A DNA stretch of 64,000 nucleotides from Octopus vulgaris (Eukaryota): NCBI GenBank assembly GCA_951406725.2, contig OX597825.1, positions 8,494,001 to 8,558,000 on the forward strand. Direction: 5' to 3'. This document shows, one piece after another, positions 39,539 to 53,586 of this stretch. Positions within the stretch are counted from its first letter, which is position 1, and every line of letters begins with the position of its first letter. A model generated the notes under the pieces. The model saw only the letters and a program-made list of their open reading frames with translations, had not been told where the DNA came from and made no database searches. A program made the position numbers and the translations under genes.

Positions 39539-40823
39539 GATATAGCATGGATTCTAATATCATAATTAGACCGGTGTTTGTACCTGGGGGATAAATGTAT
39601 GCAAAGAATACTGTTTCGAACCGAAAATGCCAATTATTGATATCTTACATTCTGGTTTTGAGACCTCTAACACGAACAGGATAATGTCTTTTGCTTCTCT
39701 CTGACTAATAGTAACTGCTAGTTTTGTTACTTGAAAATATGTACGAACTTCATCTACTACTACTACGAAGATTTCATCGATTACGAATACTGTCACATCA
39801 ATTTTAAAACACTTTATATAGATGTTACATAACTTTTCCACAACTTACGGATAATGTCTTGTAGACGATGTTTTAAATAATTTATTATATCAGACTATCT
39901 ATTGGATCTATTCGGAATTTTTCTGTTCCATTTATTTCCCTGCGCTATCCATCTCAAATCGTGTCCGTCCGTTGGCTTCGATCTGTTATAGTTATTGTAT
40001 GTTCTTTCATGTATTTTATATCATGCACAAAATATGTATTTTTTTGTTTGTTTGTGACTTCCACCCTAACAAAAGATTTCTCGAACGTCCCCGTGCTAAA
40101 TATTTATTGGATCTTTCTGCTTAACCACTATATTTTATGTTTCAAATCGTCTTTATCTCAGGTAAGAATGATACTGTTCTAATGGCTTTATCCTTTCACC
40201 CACGCACATAATCTCTCTCTCCCATTCTTTCTATTTCTTCATTTTCACACTCTTTTTCCTTTCAAAACATCTCATTCCTTATTCTCCTCTTTATCTAAAC
40301 CTTTCCCTGATACCAAATTTCTTTCTTTATTACATATTTGTTTCTTTAATCTTGATTATATTTTATTGTGGCTTTACTTCATCCATTGTTTTAAACTCAA
40401 CAAACGAGCCTACAAGTATTGTACACCTTTATAAAACCAGAAAATGGCGTATTATTCAGCTTTATATCACTCGACCATTATGTTTATATCATGTTCGCCA
40501 ACTTTCAATCGATACATCCAAAAGATAAGATCGATTTGGAAAATGTGAAAACCACCTCACCAACCACAAACATTTATTAGTCTATTGGTAAACTGATACT
40601 CACTGCTGCAATTAATACCATTGTATGTTTCCAAACAACAACTTCGGGCAGATAATGTTAAGTAATACAGGGGGAAAATGGACTGAGAGTTTTCCCCCTT
40701 TCAACTTGCTTCTGTCTCGCTTTCTCTTTCCCTCCCTATGTATTTATATATATATGTGTGTGTGTATGTGAATGTTTATATATATATATTGGCTAAACTG
40801 GCAATATGACCATTCCGAAATAT

Positions 40824-40828
<5 letters not shown>

Positions 40829-40867
<39 letters not shown>

Positions 40868-41095
40868 ATATCTATATATATATATATATCTATACATATA
40901 TATACATACATATATAGATATAGATATAGATATATATATATATACATGTATAGATATAGATATATATATACGCCTATAATTGCATATATATATATATGTA
41001 TGTATGTATGTATGTACATATATGTATATATATATATATATGCACACACATATATACATATATACATACATGCGTACGTACATATATATATATAT
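40829..41095. repeat. (TA)n-based compound microsatellite
   Basis: Directly visible. Confidence 0.95.
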
Positions 41096-42299
41096 CAATT
41101 TCCATTAATACACTGAATGGTGTTAATGCCGCATCCAGCGATTCAAGCTGAAACTTTCCAATTATCCATCTGAAGATTCAATAAGAGTGGCATAAGGATG
41201 GAGATATCAAAGAAGATTTTGCGTTGCAAGAATTCACAAAAAGGCAAAGGGTTAATTCGATGGGCGTAATCATTTAGGGATCATAATGATTATAACATTA
41301 CTTTGTATTGGATTCTTTGCAAATTGCTGGCAGCTTTTGATTTGTAAATACTTATGCACTTATACAATAGAAGATATGAAAATAACGTCATTATGCTGTA
41401 ACACAATAGTTAATTGGTATTATTCCTAAGGTTATAAATACTCGAATAAGTATATGCACAAATACACAATTTCGTAAGTATCGGGTAAAATATACACGTA
41501 ATGAGTTCTGTATTGTTGTTGCTGAAATTGTATTGTAAGAATTGGTTTGAAGTGTATGTCAATTCAATCGCGTACGTGATGTACGGAATTTATCCAACAA
41601 TAGAAAGCTCTGCCTCCGTGGGCTTACACAAATGTACGCATGCACACACACTCACATATATATATTTATTCAAGATCGTATAAATGCGTATTTACATGTC
41701 GTTATACGTTGGAATGTGTAAATTCACCAAAGATATGTAACAAGAAATAGTGTACATTGGATAATAATTAGGAGGCAGGTTTATAATACAATGTTCAAAA
41801 TATACAATGCCTCTAAAAATATTTGTAGTGGAACATGTTGTGATTTCCATTGAGCCAGCGTATTGAATATGAGGGATGTGCTTTCGCTTCAAAGGAACAG
41901 CAAGGAACCTCCAAGTATTGCTGGCATTAATAGTAAATCATGGGAATTACTTCTATCTCAAAACAATTACTTATAAGTTTTGACGACAAGTTTATGATAA
42001 CAGCAGTTAGCTTTTTTAATCTTTGTGGAAACAATTACTGTAAGATACTGGCTGTCTTATACAGGATGGCGATGTTGAACGATTAAACTGTGAATCGTAT
42101 GAGGATGCACATTTTTGTTCTTGTGTTTAAACAAGGTGAATTGTGGCTTGAAAGGCAAAAATGTGTGTAGTTGGACATGTCCAGGATAGTTGCGCTGGAA
42201 TTCTGTTAGGTGGGGGTTGAAATATGTTTAAAGTTAAAATAGTTTAAACTTTGAATTTTTGCATGTTTGATGGATGATAGTCCAGATATAGATTCTTTG

Positions 42300-42730
42300 T
42301 AGGAGGTGTCGATGGAAGATAGCCTCATAAGTAGTTCGAAATAATTGGAACAGATCTAATACACATAGGAATAAGGATCTACGTGTCGCTAGCTACGAAA
42401 GCGCAGCTTTGGTTCACGTATGTGCCTTTTATGAATAATCAGTATGTATAATATCGCAGAGAGGATACATTCACTTATAAAGATGTACCAGTGACTGGTG
42501 TAGTGTCACCGCGCTTCTTTCTGTATAATATCGAAGTCGTCAGCGTGTATATGGATGATAACTTTGATAGGTTTCGGCCAGTATATGCGTAGGGCATGTC
42601 TAACTCAATAGCACCACCTGGTGAAATCTTTTAGTCATATATGGGGAAACATAGCCCCCTCTAACAAAGTGTATTATTGTTGGAGGCAATATGTGAATTA
42701 ATAAATCAGAGGGCCCAGCGTGTGTCATCA
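42300..42730 (-). pseudogene. Possible degraded non-LTR reverse transcriptase remnant
   Basis: Minus-strand TLGPLIY (cf. VLGPLLF) and, downstream, IHADDFDII (cf. YADD) occur in the expected order. Heavily decayed. Confidence 0.3.
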
Positions 42731-42984
42731 TACTAATAAATCATAATCAAGTTTTATTTATGTAATGTAACCTTAGTGGTGTTTATAGTTCAAATATGTG
42801 TCACTGGTTATCCGGGTTAATTATCTTAGTTTGTTCACGTTTCATTTAAACAAAATACAGAAGGCAGAGATGCGTTTATAACAAAGTTTTCGTATATGTA
42901 TGCTTAGTCTTTTGCTGGTGGCATGGTAAAGCACAAGTCGTGCTAGGATAAAAATCTTGTCCATAACTCAGCTGCCACCAGGGA

Positions 42985-43082
42985 AACAAGGAGAAGCAAA
43001 ATCGATCGAGGCAGAATTTGAACACGGAAAGTAAAGATGGCTGAAAGATGGCCCAGTGTGCTAAGGATTCTGCCAGCTTGCT
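42985..43082 (-). mobile_element. Degenerate SINE family B 5' part
   Basis: gcagaatttgaacacggaa...gctaaggattctgccagct, as in 1160-1374. Confidence 0.55.
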
Positions 43083-43213
43083 GATTTACAGAGTGAAATA
43101 ATGTTAACAATGGGGCTGCCTAATTGAAAAATTGAGTCAAACGCTTAGTTGCAGTAAGTTCTGTTTTATGGATTATTTGGCAAATTGTTGAACCATGTTT
43201 TGTTTATAAAATA

Positions 43214-43497
43214 CTAGCAGTATCGCCCGGCATTGCTCGGGTTTGTAAGGGAAATAACTATACACGCATTTATAGAGAGTTACTTCCCTTATATAAACCG
43301 AGCGAAAATGCATTAAAAATGCGGAAAAATTTATGGTAATTTTTTTTTTTAAATCGTAGACTCATCGTAGAAGGGCTCGATATGAACCACAACTAAAAGA
43401 TACCCGGTTTTGGTTAAACTGCACTGCAAAATGTGGGAGTAGTTAGGAATCTAAATCGTAGGAGACAGACACACAACTTCACTTTTATATATAAAGA
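43214..43497 (-). mobile_element. Non-autonomous Helitron (complete, 284 bp)
   Basis: Reverse strand begins TC(tttatatataaaa) and ends CTAG, with a subterminal hairpin cccgagcaatgccggg. Inserted between A and T with no TSD. Confidence 0.88.
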
Positions 43498-45298
43498 TAT
43501 ATCCTCTCTTCAAATTCATACTAAATTATATTCAATAACACATTAATATTGAGATCATACTGAACAAACACAAAACCTGCTTTGTAATGTATAAGTGACA
43601 GATTTGACTATTGGACAACATTAATGAAACCAAACTTGAGGAACTGCGAAACTGGAACTGTTTCATCATTAGGAACAATATTTTTCTTATTCTATTGAAA
43701 ATAATCGATAATCAGTCATAGCAATAATAATTAAGGTTAAATCTTTTTTTCCGTATTTCTGAACGGCGGTTACCCCTGACTAAGGGTTGTTACTGAAAAT
43801 TTGCAAACATCAATAAAGACCATAAGTGGATATTGAAAGTATATTTAGTGAATATCATGCAACGATAATATGGAGAAAGTAATGGGGTGTCATACAAATG
43901 GAGTTTCAATCACGCACGCAAATATACACACTCACATTTGTATTAAGAGTACCATAAATCAGAATCTCATGACTACAATAATATTATTCTAGGTTGCAAT
44001 GGCGATACACAGTTGCAGAGTTGATACTCTCTGTTTCCTGTTCCACATATCCCTTTACAATAACAATTCATTCTCACATGTTGATTATGCCTACCTCATA
44101 AATAAGTATAATTAAACGTCTGCAGCTATTCTTCCTATGAAATACAAGTGGCCAATTAACTTGCTGCACTATCTATGAATATTTACAGAAGCAACTAAAC
44201 GACATTAGATATCACAATTCGCATAATGTTCCAATACAGGTTACGTGAACACGTTTAAGTTAAAGACTATCGTAGAAAATACCTCTCAATGTATTATACA
44301 CAGTTGTATAATCAGAATTATAATAATACCGTGGCAAAATTTGCCATTAATTTTGTTGGAATCGAAGGCATAACTCACCAATTCACTTCGATTCATTCGT
44401 CGCTAATTCAGTAAATTAGCAACTGCCTGTAACATGAAGCAGTGGAATATTTATGAATTTTAATCGAATGAATACAAATTAATATGGGTTCTTCATTCTC
44501 GACAGAATGTAATTTATTTAAACATTGCACGATGAACATCCATTGCATCTACCATGGCAGGATGATGTTATACAATCACTTGTTTAGAATTTATTTTAAC
44601 TAATCAACTAAAATTACATTTCCATGTAGTTTATATACAATATTAATGATGCGTTTATAAAAATGATTGAATTAACAATATCTTCCAGAATACATTTTTT
44701 TCACCTTTCCAATATCTATTATTGACATAATTACTGAACATTTTTGGTGAATTAGAAGAAACCATGCGCAGTGAAATGTTGTAGGTATTTACAATGATTC
44801 CTTAATTTCAGATTTAGGTTAAAATGCATTAGTTATGTGGGGAAGAATCAAATTCAAAAATAGAATTCTCACGAGAATGAAAAGGTAGGGATTCAAAATA
44901 ATTATATTGATTTTGATTTAATTGTCAATTCATTTCTAATTTGATTGTACATTCAAAATTATCATCAATGTCATGGGAATAAATATTAAAAGTTACATGG
45001 AGACGCTACTTTCATTGTTAACATGTTTCCAGTAACGGAAGATATTAAACTTAATATATTCTGAGCAGTGTTATGTGGCGTAATATAGGAGACTATAATT
45101 ATGTATACGGATATATATTATCTTGTATATAACGCATGATACTAATATTTTCATAAGTATTGATTCTAAAATTCCTCATAATGTTGAAGAATGAAATTTT
45201 GGTGCAAAATATATTTTGGTTTTCTCTTATCGCTTTCAACATGTAAATTGATTTTTTATATATCCTTAGCTAAAATTAACGCATATATATATATATAT

Positions 45299-45352
<54 letters not shown>

Positions 45353-45545
45353 CAATAAGAGAAGGGAGGGGACCAGTAGGTGGTTCATCAACTTTTAGAC
45401 ATGATATAATGTAACTTATTCATTTATATAATAAACTGACAATTACAAGAATATGCATACATGTATAATATATTATGCTTTACGTATAAGATATACAATA
45501 TATTAAGATATAAAGATACGAGTAATTATTACAAAATAACATACA

Positions 45546-45547
<2 letters not shown>

Positions 45548-45591
<44 letters not shown>

Positions 45592-45602
45592 CATATATAG
45601 AG

Positions 45603-45674
<72 letters not shown>

Positions 45675-45778
45675 GATAGATAGATGTATGGATGGATAGA
45701 TGGATGGATGGATGGGTGGATAGATAGAGAGATAAATCGATACAACGATAGATAGATAGATTGATAGATAGATAGATT
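45548..45778. repeat. (TA)n-(GATA)n-(GGAT)n compound microsatellite
   Basis: Directly visible. Confidence 0.96.
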
Positions 45779-46089
45779 GGCCCACTTTAGGTTAGTTGAA
45801 ATGCGTTTGTGACGTATTTCATTTTTTTTTATCCCATGGTAAAATGTGAAAAACCACATTTCATCATGAAAAAGAAAATATTTTCTACGGTAACTGCAGT
45901 GAACTTCCTTTATAATAAGCTGGAACATTTTGGTGAGCAGATCGTAACTACACTTAAACTACCTTATGGCTAAGCATTTCTCAGCACTGGTACTGATGTA
46001 TGTATATTATATATTATATATATATATATGAATATGTATATATATGTATGTATACATATATATATATATATGTGTATACATATATATAC

Positions 46090-46128
<39 letters not shown>

Positions 46129-46269
46129 GATCAATAAATGGTGGGGTTGTGTTGACCGCACGTGGAGAAATGATAAGTAAGGAAAAATTTTTTTAAAAAT
46201 GCAGAATGCTCAAATGAAATAAAATTTTAATAAAATGAGAAAATGATAAAATATATAAATATATATATT

Positions 46270-46310
46270 TATTCAACCGGTTTTCGTCAATGTATGACTT
46301 GTCAAGAATA
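46270..46310 (-). ncRNA. Hammerhead-like motif with U3-A8 core in the PLE 3' region
   Basis: Reverse strand: UAUUC-UUGACAA-GUCA uacau UGAC-GAAA(A)-CCGG-UU/GAAUA, with one extra A after GAAA. Confidence 0.55.
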
Positions 46311-46950
46311 TTTATGTTTTAAGAAGTTTTTTTGAAAATTAGAAAGGGGAAAAAAAGAAGAAAATTGCAATGTTTTTTGTAAAAGAATAATGATAAAAAT
46401 GTACAAAAATTAAAAAATAAGTTCTCCGATACATTGTGAGTTCGTTGTGTATCTTGAGTTTTATGGTTGTTTACCAAAAAGTTACCTTGAGGTGTTAAGA
46501 TCCAAAGGGATTAAGAGCATGTGATGTGTTGTGTTGTTGAATACAGCATGTTGCAGGACAGGAAGTAGTAGTAATTGTGGTCCTGGTTCTTCAGTTCCTG
46601 TGTTGTGAGTAAGGGGAGAAAACTCTTTTGAGTTCTTCAATAAAACCCAAATTATAAAACTATCATTTTAGCTTCATTTGCATTATCTTTTTTATATATA
46701 ATTGCTTGTTAACTTAACTTTCAGATTTTAACACTTTATTTATATTATTTTCTAATAATATAAAACTGCATAGACAATTGCATTTCAAATTGTCATATCA
46801 TTTATAATAAAAATGATAGTAGTAACAACAACAATAGTGAAAATGATATTTAAAGAATATAAGTTTTAGCTTGAAGTGGTGAATGCATGGTATCTTTATA
46901 TATTTGTGTTAGTCCATCCATGAAGAGTGAGGTAGAGAAAGGAAGTTTGA

Positions 46951-48207
46951 TCAACGAGGAGTTTGCATATTAAGTTGTGTTTGGAATTTTTCAATAAAGA
47001 GATTCTCCTTGTTAATTCTCTCCTGTGTGGTGATCCCGTCTTTACATTGGTAGAAGGGGAATATATAGAATTTGGGGTTTAAGTCTTTGGCACATGAGTC
47101 TAAGTGGTCACTCAGTGGAATTTGTCGGTATTCCGGGAGATTTATTTGTTCTTTATGCACCGTTACTCGTTTACGTAACGGGAGACTCGTTTGTCCCACA
47201 TAATTATGTTGGCAACCAGCGCATGTGAGAACGTAGATAAGGTTCTCGGAGGAACAGGAGAAGTTAGTCTTGATTTTAAACTTCGTACCTTGTTTGAAGG
47301 TAAATTCAGAGCCTTCAAGTAGAAAGGGGCAGGTACCACAGTTTGAGCGTGCACATTTTTTTACTGTTGGGGGTGGATGTGGTGTGTGAAGTTTGGCATT
47401 TGTCAAGAGTTTTTTTAAAGATTTGTGTTGCCTTTTGCATTTGAGGATTTTGTGTGTATTTATAATGTTTTTCATTTTTGGGTCTGTTGACAGTAGACTG
47501 AGGTTTTGTATGATTGTGGTGTATGCTTCGATATTTTTGGGGTTGTGGGTGGAAATGTATGGAAGTATTTTGAGGTTGTGTGTGGTGTTAGGTTGGGTGG
47601 TTTTCAGTGTAGTGTTGTCTAGTTCTTTGGCGCGTTTTATTCCATACTCTATAAGGGTGGAGGGATATTGACGTTGTAATAGTGTTTTTTTGAGGTCTTG
47701 AAGGCGTATTTCTCGTGTTTTTGGATCCGAGACAATGGTGCATACCCTTTTAGCTAAATTGAAAGGGATATTTGTCTTGGTGTGTTTTGGGTGGCATGAA
47801 CTAAAGAGGAGGTATTGTTGTGAGTCTGTAGGTTTGTGGTAGATGTCTGTTATGATTTGGTTTTTAGGTGTTTTTATAATTAGGAGATCAAGGAATGGGA
47901 GATGATGTTTGCTAAATTCCATAGTGAATTGGATGTTGGGATGTATGTTGTTTAGTATGGTTTTGAATTCCAGGAGTTTATCATAAGGTTCTTTCCATAT
48001 GATGAAACAATCATCTAAATACCTTTTCCAGTTTTCCATTAGGTAGGTGTGGAAAACATGTCCAAATTTCTGGCTTGATATTTCATAGAGTGACAGTTCG
48101 AAGTAACCCATTATGAGGTTCGCAAGGACTGGTGCAGCCTTGGTACCCATCGCAATGCCACATTTTTGACGGTAGTGTGTGTCGTCGAAGAGAAAAAAAT
48201 TGTTTGT
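46951..48207 (-). CDS. Penelope-like element polyprotein, partial: RT (C-terminal half) + thumb + Zn-finger + GIY-YIG endonuclease
   Basis: The frame is open upstream of the listed ATG ([26 protein letters not shown]). Motifs: WKRYLDDCF (YxDD), LPFLDL, YHKPT..QYL..SCHP, CxxxxCxxC linker, [19 protein letters not shown]...RVTVH, and a C-terminal LN. Confidence 0.93.
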   Translation of the reverse strand, partial: TNNFFLFDDTHYRQKCGIAMGTKAAPVLANLIMGYFELSLYEISSQKFGHVFHTYLMENWKRYLDDCFIIWKEPYDKLLEFKTILNNIHPNIQFTMEFSKHHLPFLDLLIIKTPKNQIITDIYHKPTDSQQYLLFSSCHPKHTKTNIPFNLAKRVCTIVSDPKTREIRLQDLKKTLLQRQYPSTLIEYGIKRAKELDNTTLKTTQPNTTHNLKILPYISTHNPKNIEAYTTIIQNLSLLSTDPKMKNIINTHKILKCKRQHKSLKKLLTNAKLHTPHPPPTVKKCARSNCGTCPFLLEGSEFTFKQGTKFKIKTNFSCSSENLIYVLTCAGCQHNYVGQTSLPLRKRVTVHKEQINLPEYRQIPLSDHLDSCAKDLNPKFYIFPFYQCKDGITTQERINKENLFIEKFQTQLNMQTPR

Positions 48208-48241
48208 CAGATCTCCTAATTATATATATATATATATATAT

Positions 48242-48291
<50 letters not shown>

Positions 48292-48313
48292 CAATAAATG
48301 GTGAGGTTGTGTT

Positions 48314-48386
<73 letters not shown>

Positions 48387-48769
48387 ATCATGCCTGTCTC
48401 GTGTGTAATCAAAACAATAGCTCCGAAAACAGTTTGAGAGAAGAATCGAAGATTAGTGCTTGATTTCATTAAAACGTATTATCTTCTCAACCTTTAAAAC
48501 AAATATGTTATTTCCTTGGACAAAAACGAGTATCTTCAAAATCCTCGTCAAGTATATTCTTATTTGCTATTCCTGTGATTAAGATAATGATGCAAAACAA
48601 GTTTGCTATGAATACTGGCAATATTTCCGTTGTATATCATTTACTTTCTTCCTGGGGTTAAACAATACAGAAAATTGGTGAAGATGCTTTACTTCCCACT
48701 TTGGGAACAATCTGTTTCTTGCGTTCCTCTATTGGTCTTTGCACAACTGCACTAAATAGAAGACAACAC

Positions 48770-48855
<86 letters not shown>

Positions 48856-48869
48856 ATCTGATGGACTCA

Positions 48870-49038
48870 AAAGCGGCTAAAGCAGAAACTATTTGTTTAT
48901 AGTGATCAAATACTCGTACAGCACATTGGCTTACTCTCTCCATCAAATCCACGTTGTCTGAACACCCAGTCTAGGAACTGAAACCAAGATCTCGCGATCG
49001 TCAGTCCAATTGCCAAACCACTAGGCCATGCACCTTCA
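48870..49038 (-). mobile_element. Degenerate tRNA-derived SINE head (family C-like)
   Basis: Reverse strand: tgaaggtgcatggcctagtggtt...ggtttcagttcctagactggg. Confidence 0.5.
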
Positions 49039-49940
49039 CAATATTTATGTATATGTGTGCGTTTATATCAACCAATTACATTTGCGAAAAAATGCATAGG
49101 TTGATGTTTTTCTCCGTAGGAAAAGAAAGGAGGGAAAGAAATACGTGTGTACAAATATATGGAACAAGAATCGATTGCAGAACTCATTCCAACAACAAAA
49201 CAGCAGAAGTTCTGAATGGCCAAGGCTGATTGAAGAATTCGATAAAGAGAAAGTCTAATAAAAATCGCTAAGATAGCAAAAATAGAACGTGTGCAAAAGT
49301 GGACCACTTTCGTGCTAAGTGAGTGCAGTAAGCTAGCACAAAGCCGTATGAGAAGCAGGTCCCTTTGTGAGATATGAGATAATGCATGGGATGTTAGCCA
49401 AATTGACGAAAAGGTTATATTGTTACATCTCTAAGAGGTTGTCTGAAAGAAAGATAATTACAGTATTTTGGGAGATTTCTCTATACAGCCTCTCAGAGGG
49501 AATTAATGTATTCGTAGTAAACAGAAATTGTAAACATAGTAAGATCATTTACTTCAGGCATTACTTTGCAAATCTTAATATAACAAATATAATTTTTATA
49601 AACCCTGGACTTCGTACTGTCATATATTTTTCCACTTGTTTATCCACTCATTTTTCTTTGTACTCTTCACATCTCTCTCTCAATTCAGTGTTGATGTTTT
49701 AGCCACAGTTGAAAACCATTGTTAACTATGCACAAAAAATTCTCCATCGCTCAGAAAAAAAATGAAGTTCTACAGTGAGTTATAGACTGCTACAACTAAG
49801 GTGTGTAAACCGGTCTTGGAACATAAAATTGATCCATAAGTAAAGCTGGATTGCAGGAGATCTTCAGAGAGAATAATTAGAATCAAAATGAGAATCCACA
49901 TTATAAATAAACGAAAAGAAGGAAGAATAATTACATATAT

Positions 49941-50147
49941 TGTTTGTGTGTCTGTGTTTGTCTCCGTAGCATTGCTTGACAACCGATGCTAGTGTGTTTA
50001 CGGCACATAGCGGTTCGGCAAAAGAGACCAATAGAATAAGTACTGGGCTTACAAAGAATAAGTCCCGGGGTCGATTTGCTCGACTAAAGGCGGTGCTCCA
50101 GCATGGCCGCAGTCGAATGACTGAAACAAGTAAAAGACTAAAGAGAG
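49941..50147 (+). mobile_element. SINE family A 3' half
   Basis: Near-identical to the 3' halves of 27266-27676 and 33027-33449. Confidence 0.9.
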
Positions 50148-51824
50148 TATATATAATAAAACTAATCTCTAAGTTAAATGTTGGGACGATATTTAAAGAT
50201 AAATGCAAGAAAGTAATGCAATAGAAATAAAGTAATAAATAAATGAATGATAGAAACACTATAACTCATCGAAAATACTTAGAAAAGCTGAAAAATATGT
50301 AGGAAAAATATTATAGGAAAAAATCACTTTACCAAGAAATTATGAATGTGCCACTATTATACGTTGAGGAACAGTGAAGAAGTTCAGATCGATACACAAT
50401 TTTCTATGGTCCAGAAAATCTTTCTCTTAAACGTAGAAGCTGACGGTAGAAGAACAACAATGAGCGTATAAACGCATATGCAATGGAAATTACAAATCTC
50501 AATATTACTAGGATAATTCAACTTAGCTATAGTGTGTCTCAAGAAACAGAACTGTAAAGGGGATATAGCATAAGATGTTCACGTTTAGAAATAACTAAAC
50601 CCAACCATATAACATGTGAAGATCAATATGAAATAAATATGTAACATGCACAAGCACACGCACACATGTGTACACATACTTAAACGTAGAAAACAAAGAG
50701 AATTACCCACTGAATTTCAAATCGCAATGAAAGCATAACTGAAACAAAAAAGAAAATAAACGGAAGCTACGCACAAATAGACAAATTAAATTAATGCACC
50801 AACGGCATTATAGGTAAATTTATGCGTAGATTATTTATATTCTATAAAATATATACACGCTTAAACTCAGACGAAATCCTAAATCAAAGGTGAATCAGTT
50901 CAAGAAAAGACACATTAAAAAATATACCTGTGAGCTTTGAGAAATGTCAAACGCAAAATCCTGTCTTATATATATATGGAACAAGCATTTGCTTTATATT
51001 CATTGGTTTACAAAAGAAAAGTATAATAAACAGATAAAAGAATAATGAATATTTTTTTTTAATGTGCAATGTAATTCTGTGACCTTCATTTTAAACTGGG
51101 AAGCAGGGGGGACATAACAAATATTACAGACTTGCCTTTAGTTTCTCCAACTATAAATATTGTTTCGAAATATAAATCCATTCCCCAAAGCACAAGAAAA
51201 TATTCTTCTTGGAATACCAAAGATACGAATGAATTGAATAATCACAGGTGATGTAATACATTATTGAAGCGTTTTTACAGAACAAAGTAGAATCGAAGCC
51301 TAAAGCAATGTAGGGCTAAATAGCCAGCAATTTCGGCAAATATACCTCTTAAATATAGAAAACGTTTTTATCGATGTGTAGATTTGTGACACAAAATCTA
51401 ATTATATTCAAGAAAGAAATATCGCAATAGAACACTAACATATGGCGATTAACAAGGTGGACGGGGCCGTCTATAACTAGAAACATAAAATAAACTCTCC
51501 ACAGTTACCAAAAATGACGAAATATTCCAATAAACAACAACGGAAATCTAATAGAAACATTTACATAACATAGAGAAAACATTTCCTCTCTTCGAAAGAT
51601 CAACCTTATAAGATGGAGATTGAGTAGTGAAAATACGGTAGAAAAACAGAATGAAAATACGGACTGTTCCAAAGCTAAATCTAACTGAAATTCACTGAAC
51701 GCCATGTTAAAAAATGACACTAAATTTACAGTGCACTTCCTATGTAACACGGAATACATATAGCCATCACAGATGACACAAAAGCACATGTGAAATTGAA
51801 AAATCACTTATAGAATATTAAAAA

Positions 51825-52070
51825 CACTTTCACTGCCAATCGGTGGAAGGCTTAAAACTACTATAAACAATAACATATTCAACTTGACAAAAGTAGGGAG
51901 AATTTCAACCGTGTTTCGTAGTCTGCTACCACAAGAGCTCCTTTATAGGATCTAGTTAGGCTTAAGACATCATCAGGAGGAACTACGTCCGGTTTCGGCC
52001 CCTACTCCTCTACCGTTCCGACGTGGCGCCTCCCCCACCTATCGGAGGTGTCTTCAGCTCTGGTGTTGGG
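51825..52070 (-). mobile_element. Probable Penelope-like terminus with two tandem degenerate hammerhead-like cores
   Basis: Reverse strand CUGAAGA...GAAA-CCGG (51987-52057), then CUGAUGA-uGUCU...AGAC..GAAA-CacgG-UU (51904-51979). Stems I are poor. Confidence 0.35.
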
Positions 52071-53334
52071 TTCATGTCTTCTTCTTTCTTCTTTTCCTTG
52101 GCCTCTTCGATGTAGCGATGTAGCGTAAAGTTTCATATTACAGGCAAACGTAGGGAGGTAAAGAAGTGAAAATATCAAGTAAAGACAAAATGTAAAGATG
52201 CGGAAGAAATCATTAAGTGCAATGTTTCCGCATAGGCAGAGCACAATATATTTGATAATGGTCTCTTTCATACGCTGCTATTAGACTAGCATTAAGAAAT
52301 GCAAATAGAAGACAGGTGTTACACCCCAGAAAATATATTAGAGAAACCGCTGCACCATAGCTATCACTACACGCAAAGAGGGAGAACAAGGCAATTGTCC
52401 GTCGAGAACAAACAGAAAAGGGAGTACCTCGTAAATGACTGCGAGTATAACACTCAATGTAATGGAGAAATTATTCACAAATAGAAATCTGGAAATAAAG
52501 ATAACCTGAATGTTGGTACAGAAAACAGCAATAAACCGTAACATATTGATAGCTTAGAAATGAGGAAAATGAAGTTCTGTGAAAAATATATATTTAACAA
52601 GAAATGAGAAGCAGCGTATTATGCACAACCTAAATAAAACTGCATAACTATGTCTCGCATTCACTCAGCCAAAAATGTTGTTTGTTCGGGAAACTCCGAG
52701 ACCAGGACAGGGATATATTTTCTTGTGCATGTATATGTTGTGTGTGTGTGTGTGTATGTGTGTGTGTTTACGTGTGCGTGTGTGTGTGCACTCATGCGTG
52801 CGTTTTTGTTTGGCAAACAGCTGGAGGAGACCATCGAGAGCACTGGATTGGGTTATCCTAGAATGGCGATTATTTTGTCAGTTTGTACGTATTATTCGCC
52901 ACATTAGTTTATTACTGCTAAAAGATTTGATATTTGTTCTTTCATTGGTAATGATACTCCTGTGCCTACAAATTCTGCTGAGTTTTGTGTGTTGCTATTC
53001 TTTCTGTTGGGATGAATAATGACCAGTTTGGGTCCGTCTTCGCTAGTCACATACTAGCTCTCATTTATGGTGCTGGCTGTGGACTTTAGACTCATAGTAG
53101 TAAGATATAAGGTTTTCAAATCAAAATTCGAAATACTTTCCAACGTAGTTGAACAGCTAAAGTGCGTGAAGCAAGGACCAGCAATCTAGTTTGGTTCTCG
53201 TTAACTTAAACATACTTCTATCACAAACTTTTAACACGTCACATGAACTTATCGAGCGACTAACAAACTTATTAGTGACTACAAGCTACTAGTTGCTTTC
53301 ATCGCAACAAGAATAGCTATCAAAATAATACATT

Positions 53335-53528
53335 CTACTATAGACACAAGGACTGAATTTCTTTGGTGGGGGTGTGTGCAAAATTATTACATATAACCCA
53401 GTGTTCAACGAGTGCATATTTGATAGGCCCCAAAAGGATTAAAGGCAAAGTCAACTTCAGCGGGATTTGAACATAGAGGGCAAAACCGGAAGAAAAGCCG
53501 CTCAGCATTCTGCTAGTTCGTCGCCTTC
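53335..53528 (-). mobile_element. Degenerate SINE family B
   Basis: aaaggattaaaggcaaagtcaacttcagcgggatttgaac...attctgctagttcgtcgcc. Confidence 0.6.
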
Positions 53529-53529
53529 A

Positions 53530-53586
<57 letters not shown>

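Larger units (their letters stand above)
46129..48209 (-). mobile_element. 5'-truncated Penelope-like retroelement (Neptune-type) inserted in (TA)n
   Basis: ORF plus ~820-bp 3' region with a hammerhead-like motif. Both ends abut (TA)n, and the 28-bp 3'-terminal sequence recurs at 48289-48316. Confidence 0.9.
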
